NCBI GenBank assembly: GCA_947476045.1
Contig: CANJNZ010000009.1
Location: forward strand, 9,564-73,563
Direction of reading: 5' to 3'
Length of the DNA stretch: 64,000 nucleotides
From: Chthoniobacteraceae bacterium
GTDB lineage: Bacteria; Verrucomicrobiota; Verrucomicrobiia; Chthoniobacterales; Chthoniobacteraceae
The first letter of the stretch is position 1, and each line of letters opens with the position of its first letter. The notes under the pieces are model-generated. The model made no database searches. It worked only from the letters and a program-made list of their open reading frames with translations, and was not told the origin of the DNA. Made by a program: the position numbers and the translations under genes. Shown in pieces: positions 1 to 7,833 of the stretch.

Positions 1-620
1 AATTGCTGCGCTTTGTGGAGGAGCACTCATTCACGCGACTGGGCGGGCGCGAGGACATTCGCGTGGAATTACGCCTCATCACAGCGACAAATAAAAACCT
101 CCGCGAGGAAGTTGCGGCGGGACGTTTCCGTGAGGACTTGTTTTATCGCCTGCACGTTCTCGAAATCCAGATGCCGCCGCTGCACGAACGCCGCGCAGAT
201 CTGCCTATGCTTGCCGCGAATTTCCTGCGCACTGCCGCGCGTCCGCTTTCCCTCGCGCCCGAGACTCTTGCCATCCTCCAACAACACGACTGGCCCGGCA
301 ATCTGCGCGAACTGCGCAACGCACTCGAGCACGCGGCCGCCGTCTGCACGGGCCCGATCATCCTGCCATCGCATCTCCCTCGCGAATTGCGCAACTGTGC
401 AGCGTCCGATTTGGACACCCGGCTCACCTCCTCTCTGGCCGGGTGGCTGGATGCCCAACTCGCCGCCGGCTCAGACTACGACACCATGCACGACGCACTT
501 GAATCAATGGTGCTCAAACATCTTCTCTCACGCTTTGACGGAAAACCGACCATCCTCGCCCGCGAGACCAGGATGAATCGCGTGACGCTACGCAAGAAGT
601 TGATGCAAGCGCCGGACTAA
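1..620 (+). CDS. sigma-54-dependent transcriptional activator (NtrC-family enhancer-binding protein), C-terminal part; 5' end lies outside the window
   Basis: Frame 3 is open from the window edge. 'EDLFYRLHVLEIQMPPLHERRADL' and 'WPGNLRELRN' are typical C-terminal motifs of the AAA+ sigma54-interaction domain. The terminal 'TRMNRVTLRKKL' looks like a Fis-type HTH. Confidence 0.85.
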   Translation, partial: LLRFVEEHSFTRLGGREDIRVELRLITATNKNLREEVAAGRFREDLFYRLHVLEIQMPPLHERRADLPMLAANFLRTAARPLSLAPETLAILQQHDWPGNLRELRNALEHAAAVCTGPIILPSHLPRELRNCAASDLDTRLTSSLAGWLDAQLAAGSDYDTMHDALESMVLKHLLSRFDGKPTILARETRMNRVTLRKKLMQAPD

Positions 621-719
621 ATAACAAGACTGTCTTGCTAGGATTGTTGCGCCGTGGGAAGACGGGGCTTCCATTTCCAGTAAAACAGAAAACTTCACAC
701 CCAAACCCGAACAAACATT

Positions 720-992
720 ATGGCTCAGGCGATCATGGATCCGGAAGAAGTGAGACGCTTTGCGAAGGAGATAAAGCGTTTCAATGACGACGTGCAGGCG
801 AAGGCGGCATCGCTACAGGCGCGATTCGCAGCACTGGGAAGCTCATGGCAGGATCAAGAGGCGGAAAAATTTGCAGAGGAGTTCATCACCACGATGAAGG
901 TGCTGAAAAAATTCGTGGAGATCGCTGAAAAACACACGCCGTATCTTTTGCGCAAAGCGCAGCGAATCGAGGAATACCTGGACCAGCGTTAA
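720..992 (+). CDS. WXG100-like small helical protein (90 aa)
   Basis: ATG at 720. Two predicted long helices flank 'GSS-W-Q-D' (W codon 846-848) where the WXG turn would sit, followed by 'EAEKFAEEF'. The next gene starts 3 nt after the stop. Confidence 0.6.
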   Translation: MAQAIMDPEEVRRFAKEIKRFNDDVQAKAASLQARFAALGSSWQDQEAEKFAEEFITTMKVLKKFVEIAEKHTPYLLRKAQRIEEYLDQR

Positions 993-995
993 AGC

Positions 996-1514
996 ATGGC
1001 AACTCAAGCCAAAGTCACCTCGCTGGATGCACTGGAAACCTTCCGGGCCGCGCTGATCGTTTTTTTGACCAAGGCGCGCCGGGCACTGGATGAAGTGAGC
1101 GACGAAATCCGGCGCACAAGACAATGGCTGGAAAATGACCGGAGACCGCACTGGGAGGGGAAAATCCGAAAGCGGAGGCGCGCGCTGGAACAGGCGCAGC
1201 AGGAGTTGTTCAGCGCGAGGCTGTCGGAGTTTATGGAGGCGAGCACACGGCAACTCGCCGTGCGCAAGGCAAAGCTCGCGATGGCTGAAGCGGAGGAGAA
1301 ACTGCGCGCTGTGAAATTCTGGAATCAAAAATACGACAGCGCAGCCGACCCCCTTGTCAAGGGGATCGAGGGATTGCGTCATTTTCTCGAACACGACATG
1401 CCCGGCGCTGTCTCATATCTCGTGCAGGTCCAAAAGATTCTCGAATCATACACTGTGACCTCGCATTCCAACGCTGGCGGGCAGCCGGGCAACGAGGAGA
1501 TTTCAAATTCATGA
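996..1514 (+). CDS. helical protein (172 aa) with a central W-E-G motif; possible extended WXG100-like or accessory protein
   Basis: ATG at 996. Charged, heptad-like sequence. 'PH-W-E-G-K' lies at nt 1152-1160 between predicted helices. The stop overlaps the next start (ATGA at 1511-1514). Confidence 0.5.
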   Translation: MATQAKVTSLDALETFRAALIVFLTKARRALDEVSDEIRRTRQWLENDRRPHWEGKIRKRRRALEQAQQELFSARLSEFMEASTRQLAVRKAKLAMAEAEEKLRAVKFWNQKYDSAADPLVKGIEGLRHFLEHDMPGAVSYLVQVQKILESYTVTSHSNAGGQPGNEEISNS

Positions 1515-1723
1515 GCACCAAGGGCAGCGCCTCAAATTTAATACAGGCCATGAAAAACCTCTCAGCGGAATGGCAGCGGTTGAAAGAAGTCTGGCGTGAC
1601 GGGAAGAGCGTGGAGTTTGAACAGAAGTATCTTGATAATTTGCCCGGCGATGTTTCCCAGGCAATCGAGTCGATGGAGGAAGTGGATGCGCTTCTCAAGA
1701 AAGTGAGGGGAGACTGTGAGTAA
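1511..1723 (+). CDS. WXG100-like small helical protein (70 aa)
   Basis: 'EV-W-R-D-G-KSVEFEQKY' (W codon 1592-1594) parallels 'SS-W-Q-D-QEAEKFAEEF' in the 90-aa protein. There is an 8-nt overlap with the GTG start of the ATPase gene. Confidence 0.5.
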   Translation: MSTKGSASNLIQAMKNLSAEWQRLKEVWRDGKSVEFEQKYLDNLPGDVSQAIESMEEVDALLKKVRGDCE

Positions 1724-4700
1724 CAACGCTGACCTGCGCGTAAGCCGGAGTCTCGAACTTCTCGGACGACTCAAGCAGACGGTGGTGGATTTCACGAAAA
1801 AGGAGGAGGATATACTGCGGGATCTTCGCGCGAGGCAACACACCCTGACACGAAAACAATATGAAGCCACGAGCAAGGCAGACGAACGATTCGCGTCACA
1901 GATAAACGAAATCGAGACTGCTTACCGACATGAGGCGCAACGGATTCGCTCACTGCACGACGGACGAATTGCGCGAATCCAGCGCCTGCAAGCTGCTGCG
2001 CTCCGCAAACTGCCAGGGCGCGCTCAAGAGGCGAAGGGAAACTGGCTGGGGCGATTGCAAATGCGGCAACTCAATGCGGACCGCACCAGAACGGCGGAAC
2101 TCGAACAAGCCGACGCGGCAGCGGCGGAGTTCGCCGCGCGACTGGCGAAAAAACACGAGGCACTCGTGAGTGTCGAACACTGCGCAGACAGTTTTTTCAA
2201 CGGCTACGGCGCATTCGGAAAATTACTCCATCGCAAATCAAACACCGCCTGCGAGGGCAATCTCGATGCTCTCTACAACGAATTACGCAATCAACTGAGC
2301 AAGGCAGACGGGCAACTCGTGGCGTTTCGCAGATTCCTGCTGCCGCGCATTTTCGCCGCGATACCGCTGGCGGTAATTCTGCCCATTATCATCACAGCAG
2401 CGGTGATCACTACCTTCGTATTCGGAGTTCACACCACTGCAGGCATGGCATTCGGAATCGGCGGCGGTGTGTTTTTACTAGCCGTCGTCTGTGTGTTGCA
2501 CATCGCAGGAAAACGTCAGTCCGCATCGACCGCTGAAGCCGCGACCCAAGCTCTCGCGGAAGCCCGCCAAACTCATGAAGCCTGCGCAACGACATCTGCG
2601 GCAGAGCACAAACACGAGCGCGAGCGCATTGAGTCGGAATACGAACATACAAAGGCGGAGATTGCTGAACAATGGGGCGAAGCAGGCGGCATCGAAGCAA
2701 CATTTGAGAAGGCAGCGCGCGACAAACTGAACATTCAAGTGCCGCGCGTTCTGGCGAAAAATCAGGAACTCATGCGCCCGAAACTCCAGCACATTGAAAA
2801 CGAGCGCTCCGTGCAACTGGAGCGCATTCAAGAAGAGGCAGGCACTATCAGAGAAAGGCTCACTACGACTCACGGGGCAGAAACCCACGCACTTGAAGCA
2901 GAACGGATATCACGCATGGAGGCATTGAGCGCGGATTGGACGAGTGCAATTTCCCCTCTGCATGAAGCCATCGCGGCGATGAACACCGCCACCTCCGCAA
3001 GCTTCCCTGCGTGGAATTCCGGGTTCGTGGAAAATTGGCAGCCTTCAAAATCATTCACCCCCACTGCGAAATTCGCGCAGCTCGAACTCGATCTCTCGGA
3101 GGGGATGCCAAAGCAGCTCGCAATGCCCGGCGGCACTCATGTCTCCATCCCGCTGACGCTCGCATTTCCGCAAGAGGGATCGCTGCTATTTGAAACAAAC
3201 GACTCCGGCAACAGCACTGTCCTCGGCACGCTGAACAATATCATCCTGCGCCTGCTCTCGACGACTCCACCGGGCAAACTCAGTTTCACGATCATTGATC
3301 CCGTCGGGCTTGGTCAAAGTTTTGCAGGACTGATGCATCTTTCCGACTACGAGGAGAGCCTCATCAACCGACGCATCTGGACGCAGCGCGACCAAATCGA
3401 CGAGCGACTCGCGGAGTTGAGCGAGCACATCGAGAAGGTCATCCAGATGTATCTACGCAACGAATACGAAACGATCACGCAATACAACGAGCAGGCCGGG
3501 AGCGTGGCGGAAAAGTATCACTTTCTCGTCGTGTCGGATTTTCCTGCGGGCTTCAGCGAAACCACAGCGAAGCGACTGCAAAGCATCGCCACGAGCGGCG
3601 CACGCTGCGGCGTATTCACGCTCATTCATTGGGATCAGCGCCAGCCGTTGCCCGATGGTTTTGCAGCGGATGAACTCCGCAAGAGCAGAGTTTGCATCCG
3701 CTCTGAGAACGGCAGCCTCGTGCTCTCTCGCGAGCAGGCGCAAACCGGAGCCACTCTTGTTTTCGATCCTCCACCCCAGCCGGAACTCGCCGCTGAACTC
3801 ATTCATAAAATCGGTAAAAGCAGTGTGGATTCGAACCGCGTCGAAGTGCCCTTTGCGCAAATCGCACCACGATCTGAAGAAATGTGGACGGGCGATACCA
3901 CGCAGGAATTGCGGATCGCCATCGGGCGAACCGGCGCGACGAAAATGCAGATGCTCGCCATCGGCAAGGGCACGCGCCAGCACGCGCTCTTCGCGGGCAA
4001 GACCGGCTCCGGCAAATCCACGCTCTTCCACGTCATCATCACCAATCTCGCGCTCGCATGCTCTCCCAATCAGGTCGAGTTTTACCTGATCGATTTCAAA
4101 AAGGGCGTGGAGTTTAAATGCTACGCATCAAAACGACTGCCGCACGCGCGCGTTGTCGCCATCGAAAGCGACCGTGAGTTTGCGCTCAGCGTGCTCCAGC
4201 GCGTGGACGAGGAACTCAAGCGGCGCGGCGACATCTTCCGCAAAATGGGCGTGCAGGATATCGCCGGCTACAAAAAGGCGGGAGGCACGGAACCGATGCC
4301 ACGCTCGCTGCTGCTCATTGATGAGTTTCAGGAATTCTTCGTGGATGACGACACCATCGCGCAAACTGCATCGCTGCTGTTCGACCGCATCGTGCGTCAG
4401 GGCCGTGCGTTTGGCATTCATGTGCTGCTCGGCTCGCAGAGTCTTGGCGGCGCGTATTCGCTCGCTCGCGCGACGCTCGGCCAGATGGTCATCCGCGTCG
4501 CGCTGCAATGCAATGAGGCTGACGCCTATCTCATCATGGACGACAGCAACTCCGCGCCGCGCCTCCTCTCGCGCCCCGGCGAAGGCATCTACAACGACGC
4601 GGGCGGTGCGCTCGAAGGGAATAGTCCGTTTCAAGTCGTCTGGCTTCCCGATGACGAGCGCGACGAGTGGCTCGATAAAGTCAGCGCCCTCGCCGCTCAA

Positions 4701-5579
4701 CACCACGACAAGCACCCCAGCCCCATCGTCTTCGAGGGCAATGCGCCTGCCGATCTTCGCGAAAACGATCTCCTCAGCGCCGCATTCGCAACAGTGCCCA
4801 CAAAAACGCCGCACGCGTCGCGCTGCTGGCTCGGTGCGCCGAATTCGATCAAGGGCCCGACTGAGGTTGTCTTCCGCCGGCAAAGTGGAAATCACCTGCT
4901 CATCGTCGGACAGCGCGAAGAGGCTTCGCTTTCCATCATCGGCGTTTCGATGCTCGCGCTCGCCGCGCAGCATCCTGTCGGCACGGCAAAATTCGTTCTG
5001 CTCCACGGCGCAAATCCCGGCTCGCCGGATGAAGAATTCATCGGACGAATCGCAGCCGCGATTCCGTATGAAGTCAAAATCGCACGAGGAAACGACATCG
5101 CGGAGGTGATGAATGAAATCGCTGCGACGCAGAAGGCACGCGCCTCCGGAGAACAAAACGAATATTCACCGAGCGTGTTCTTTTTCATCCACGGTCTGCA
5201 CAAATTCAAAAAGCTCCGCCACGAAGACGACTTTTCTTTTACATCCGGCGACAGCGAGGCGAGTCCCGGCTCACAATTCAACGACATCATTACCGAGGGC
5301 AGCGCGCACGGCATCCATATCATCGCCACGGTGGACACCTACAATAACGTGAACCGTGCAATATCGCGAAAAGCGCTGACGGAATTTGAAATGCGTGTCG
5401 TTTTCCAAATGGGCGCGAATGACTCCGCGAGCCTCATTGATTCGCCGAAGGCCAGCACGCTCGGTCTGCACCGCGCGCTCTATTACAATGAGCAGGAAGG
5501 GACGCTCGAAACTTTCCGCCCCTACGCAACGCCGGACTCCGAGTGGATCCGTGCGACTGCGGAAAAGCTCGCGCGCTAA
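1716..5579 (+). CDS. FtsK/SpoIIIE-family membrane ATPase, EssC/EccC-like (three P-loop modules, only the middle one canonical)
   Basis: 1287-aa ORF with GTG at 1716. aa 1-205 are coiled-coil-like. Two hydrophobic helices span aa ~207-265 (nt ~2334-2510), followed by a second coiled-coil and then three FtsK-like modules. The middle module has Walker A 'GKTGSGKST' and Walker B 'LLLIDEFQEF'. The flanking modules have degenerate loops ('NDSGNST'/'FLVVSDF' and 'VGQREEAS'/'VFFFIHG'). Confidence 0.85.
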   Translation: MSNNADLRVSRSLELLGRLKQTVVDFTKKEEDILRDLRARQHTLTRKQYEATSKADERFASQINEIETAYRHEAQRIRSLHDGRIARIQRLQAAALRKLPGRAQEAKGNWLGRLQMRQLNADRTRTAELEQADAAAAEFAARLAKKHEALVSVEHCADSFFNGYGAFGKLLHRKSNTACEGNLDALYNELRNQLSKADGQLVAFRRFLLPRIFAAIPLAVILPIIITAAVITTFVFGVHTTAGMAFGIGGGVFLLAVVCVLHIAGKRQSASTAEAATQALAEARQTHEACATTSAAEHKHERERIESEYEHTKAEIAEQWGEAGGIEATFEKAARDKLNIQVPRVLAKNQELMRPKLQHIENERSVQLERIQEEAGTIRERLTTTHGAETHALEAERISRMEALSADWTSAISPLHEAIAAMNTATSASFPAWNSGFVENWQPSKSFTPTAKFAQLELDLSEGMPKQLAMPGGTHVSIPLTLAFPQEGSLLFETNDSGNSTVLGTLNNIILRLLSTTPPGKLSFTIIDPVGLGQSFAGLMHLSDYEESLINRRIWTQRDQIDERLAELSEHIEKVIQMYLRNEYETITQYNEQAGSVAEKYHFLVVSDFPAGFSETTAKRLQSIATSGARCGVFTLIHWDQRQPLPDGFAADELRKSRVCIRSENGSLVLSREQAQTGATLVFDPPPQPELAAELIHKIGKSSVDSNRVEVPFAQIAPRSEEMWTGDTTQELRIAIGRTGATKMQMLAIGKGTRQHALFAGKTGSGKSTLFHVIITNLALACSPNQVEFYLIDFKKGVEFKCYASKRLPHARVVAIESDREFALSVLQRVDEELKRRGDIFRKMGVQDIAGYKKAGGTEPMPRSLLLIDEFQEFFVDDDTIAQTASLLFDRIVRQGRAFGIHVLLGSQSLGGAYSLARATLGQMVIRVALQCNEADAYLIMDDSNSAPRLLSRPGEGIYNDAGGALEGNSPFQVVWLPDDERDEWLDKVSALAAQHHDKHPSPIVFEGNAPADLRENDLLSAAFATVPTKTPHASRCWLGAPNSIKGPTEVVFRRQSGNHLLIVGQREEASLSIIGVSMLALAAQHPVGTAKFVLLHGANPGSPDEEFIGRIAAAIPYEVKIARGNDIAEVMNEIAATQKARASGEQNEYSPSVFFFIHGLHKFKKLRHEDDFSFTSGDSEASPGSQFNDIITEGSAHGIHIIATVDTYNNVNRAISRKALTEFEMRVVFQMGANDSASLIDSPKASTLGLHRALYYNEQEGTLETFRPYATPDSEWIRATAEKLAR
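3996..4022 (+). other. Walker A (P-loop) coding segment of the only canonical ATPase module
   Basis: GGC AAG ACC GGC TCC GGC AAA TCC ACG encodes GKTGSGKST (aa 761-769), in frame with the 1716 start. Confidence 0.9.
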
Positions 5580-6277
5580 ATCACAGGCCGGTCTTTTCCG
5601 GCGCGTATGTCGAGCACCTGCTCGGCGAGCGGCAGGTCGCGGGGAAATGTGATTTTGAAATTGTAGTCGTCGTTTCGCAGCAATGCGACGCGTTTGCCGA
5701 GTTTCTGCACCGCGCTCACTTCGTCGGTCACGAGTTCGTTGCGCGCCATGAGTGCAGCATAAGCCTGGAGGATGAGCGCGCTGCTGAAAACTTGCGGCGT
5801 TTGCATCGCCCACAGGTTTTCGCGCTCCACGCTCTCGGTCACCATTTGTTCGTAGGATGCGCGCTTGACCGTGTCCGGCACCGGCGCGGCGCAGCAGGCG
5901 GAGCCGTGTTTTTTTGCAAGTTCGATGCAGTCGCTGATCAACTTCGGTGTCACCAGCGGACGCGCACCGTCGTGAATCGCCACATACTGGCTGCCTTCGC
6001 TTTTCACCGCCTTGAGTCCATTCCATACTGAAAGATGCCGCTCAGCGCCGCCGGCAACAACGCTGCGCATCTTCGTGAGTTTTTCCGCGCGCACGAGTTT
6101 CTCCACGTCGGGGATGAGTTCCTCGCGTGTGACGACGAGTATTTCATCCACGCTCTCGCAGTTCTGGAACGCCGCGAGCGACCAGTAGAGCACGGGTTTG
6201 CCGTGCAGCAGCGTGAAAATCTTGTCGAGCCCCATGCGGCGACTGCTCCCGGCGGCGACGATGATGGCGCTGATCAT
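5576..6277 (-). CDS. ispD: 2-C-methyl-D-erythritol 4-phosphate cytidylyltransferase
   Basis: The N-terminus 'MISAIIVAAGSSRRMG.DK' is the IspD nucleotide-binding signature. Length is 233 aa. The stop overlaps the convergent ATPase gene stop. Confidence 0.9.
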   Translation of the reverse strand: MISAIIVAAGSSRRMGLDKIFTLLHGKPVLYWSLAAFQNCESVDEILVVTREELIPDVEKLVRAEKLTKMRSVVAGGAERHLSVWNGLKAVKSEGSQYVAIHDGARPLVTPKLISDCIELAKKHGSACCAAPVPDTVKRASYEQMVTESVERENLWAMQTPQVFSSALILQAYAALMARNELVTDEVSAVQKLGKRVALLRNDDYNFKITFPRDLPLAEQVLDIRAGKDRPVI

Positions 6278-6726
6278 GGGAGCAATTTTCCGACAACGGC
6301 TGAAAGTGTGCGACCATCCGCGCGGCCTGCTGCGCGCTCGCCTGCTGCTTTCATCACCGCGCCCATTTGCGCTTTCGATGTCGCGCCGAGTTCAGTGATG
6401 ACTGCGCGGACAAGCGCCTCGATTTCCTCCTGCGAAAGCGCCTTCGGCAGATAAGCGGAAAGCACATCAGCCTCGCTGCGCTCCTTCGCCACGAGGTCTG
6501 CGCGACCTCCTTTTTCGAAGCTCTCGATGCTGTCCTGCCGCTTTTTGAGTTCCTTGCGGATGATGGCCATCGCCATCGCATCATCCACCGCTTCATCGGC
6601 AATCCCCTTCTCCATCGCCGTCGCTTTCATTGCGCTTTTCAGACCGCGCAGCACGAGGAGGCGGTCAGCAGCGCGCGCACGCATGGCGTCTTTGATGTCG
6701 TTATCGAGTTGGGAAAGCAGGCTCAT
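6274..6726 (-). CDS. GatB/YqeY domain-containing protein
   Basis: Trimmed to the internal ATG at 6726 ('MSLLSQLDNDIKDAMRA...'). The 150-aa product matches the YqeY pattern. The upstream part of the listed ORF overlaps purU and is R/G/A-rich noise. There is a 4-nt overlap with the ispD start. Confidence 0.85.
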   Translation of the reverse strand: MSLLSQLDNDIKDAMRARAADRLLVLRGLKSAMKATAMEKGIADEAVDDAMAMAIIRKELKKRQDSIESFEKGGRADLVAKERSEADVLSAYLPKALSQEEIEALVRAVITELGATSKAQMGAVMKAAGERAAGRADGRTLSAVVGKLLP

Positions 6727-6758
6727 GCGTTGGACACTAGCGGCGGCGGGGGGCGGCC

Positions 6759-7613
6759 TCAATCTCGAAAGACGACTGTGCGTTTGCCGTGCAGAAGCAC
6801 GCGATCCGCGAGATGCCAGCGCACTCCACGTGAAAGCGCCTGCCGTTCGCAATCGCGACCCAGCCGCAGCAAATCCTCCGTCGAGTGAAAGTGCTCCACG
6901 CGGATTACCTCCTGTTCGAGAATCGGCCCGGCATCCAGTTCCGCCGTCACGTAATGGCAGGTAGCGCCGATCAATTTCACCCCGCGCTCCCACGCCCGCT
7001 GATACGGATTTGCCCCTACGAACGATGGCAGGAACGAGTGATGGATATTGATCACGCGACCCTCCCAACGCGCGCAAAGATCCTCAGGCACCACCTGCAT
7101 GTAGCGCGCGAGCACCACAAGATCCGCGCCTGCCTCCTCCCACAGCCGCTCGATCTTTGCGAAAGCCGCGGTCTTTCCCTCCGCGCTCACCGGCACGTAG
7201 TGAAAAGGAATCCCCTCCCGCTCGACGACTTCGCGAAAGTCCTCGTGGTTCCCAATCACACACGCGATATCGCAGCCCAATTCCCCCGCCCTCCAGCGCC
7301 AGAGCAATTCCGAAAGACAATGCCCAAGCCGCGAAACCATGAGCACCGCGCGCATCTTGTCGCCCTCGCGGCGGATGCTCCATTGCGCGCCCAGTTCCGC
7401 AGCGACTGGCGCAAATACCGCGCGCAATTCTGCCAGCGGCATCCGCAGCGTCTGCGTCTCGATTGCCATCCTCGTGAAAAACCAGCCCGCCTCCAAATCG
7501 GTGAACTGATGCACCTCATCAAGATTTCCTCCGTGCTCTGCAATGAAAGCCGTGAGCCGAGCAAGCAGTCCCACGCGATCGGGACAGGAGAGCTTTAATA
7601 GTGTGGCGGGCAT
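6759..7613 (-). CDS. purU: formyltetrahydrofolate deformylase
   Basis: The N-terminal ACT-like segment 'LLKLSCPDRVGLLARLTAFI' is followed by a formyltransferase core ('VLARYMQV', 'INIHHSFLPSF'). I preferred the ATG at 7613 over the listed TTG at 7649. Confidence 0.85.
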   Translation of the reverse strand: MPATLLKLSCPDRVGLLARLTAFIAEHGGNLDEVHQFTDLEAGWFFTRMAIETQTLRMPLAELRAVFAPVAAELGAQWSIRREGDKMRAVLMVSRLGHCLSELLWRWRAGELGCDIACVIGNHEDFREVVEREGIPFHYVPVSAEGKTAAFAKIERLWEEAGADLVVLARYMQVVPEDLCARWEGRVINIHHSFLPSFVGANPYQRAWERGVKLIGATCHYVTAELDAGPILEQEVIRVEHFHSTEDLLRLGRDCERQALSRGVRWHLADRVLLHGKRTVVFRD

Positions 7614-7833
7614 GGCAGGAGTGAAAGCGGACGATGACCGCGCGGGCAACCCGTTTTGTGTGGTAGAGCGAAAGGCTGCGTCGATTTCCTTTCAGACGGC
7701 CAGCGTCCCAACATCGGCGGCATCAGCAGGCGGAACCCGCGCAATTCACCTGCATGTCTCATACGCAGCAAAGAGAGTGTTGTCGTGCGTCTTTCCTTTT
7801 CCGTGCGGCCCCGTTAGGATTCCTCCTCAAATC

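Noticed and set aside
621-719. Possible sigma-54 promoter upstream of the T7SS-like operon (expected because an EBP gene lies directly upstream)
   Set aside because: I scanned for GG-N10-GC (TGGCAC-N5-TTGC). The nearest candidate, tgggaagacggggctt (655-670), has the GC one nucleotide too close and poor -12 and -24 flanks. No convincing match was found, so the claim is not supported from sequence.
4128-5156. 342-aa minus-strand and 318-aa plus-strand (4153-5109) ORFs inside the ATPase gene
   Set aside because: They are alternative-frame and antisense ORFs with low-complexity R/A/S-rich products. The frame starting at 1716 carries the Walker motifs and is continuous for 1287 codons.
6727-7077. 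Upstream 117 codons of the listed ORF 6274-7077
   Set aside because: This part overlaps purU in another frame and is R/G/A-rich. The YqeY-like domain begins exactly at the internal ATG at 6726.
7543-7833. N-terminal ~97 codons of the listed ORF 7543-10317
   Set aside because: It overlaps the purU 5' end and reads as low-complexity S/A-rich sequence. The membrane anchor begins later. The true start is unresolved, so I reported a downstream candidate at reduced confidence.
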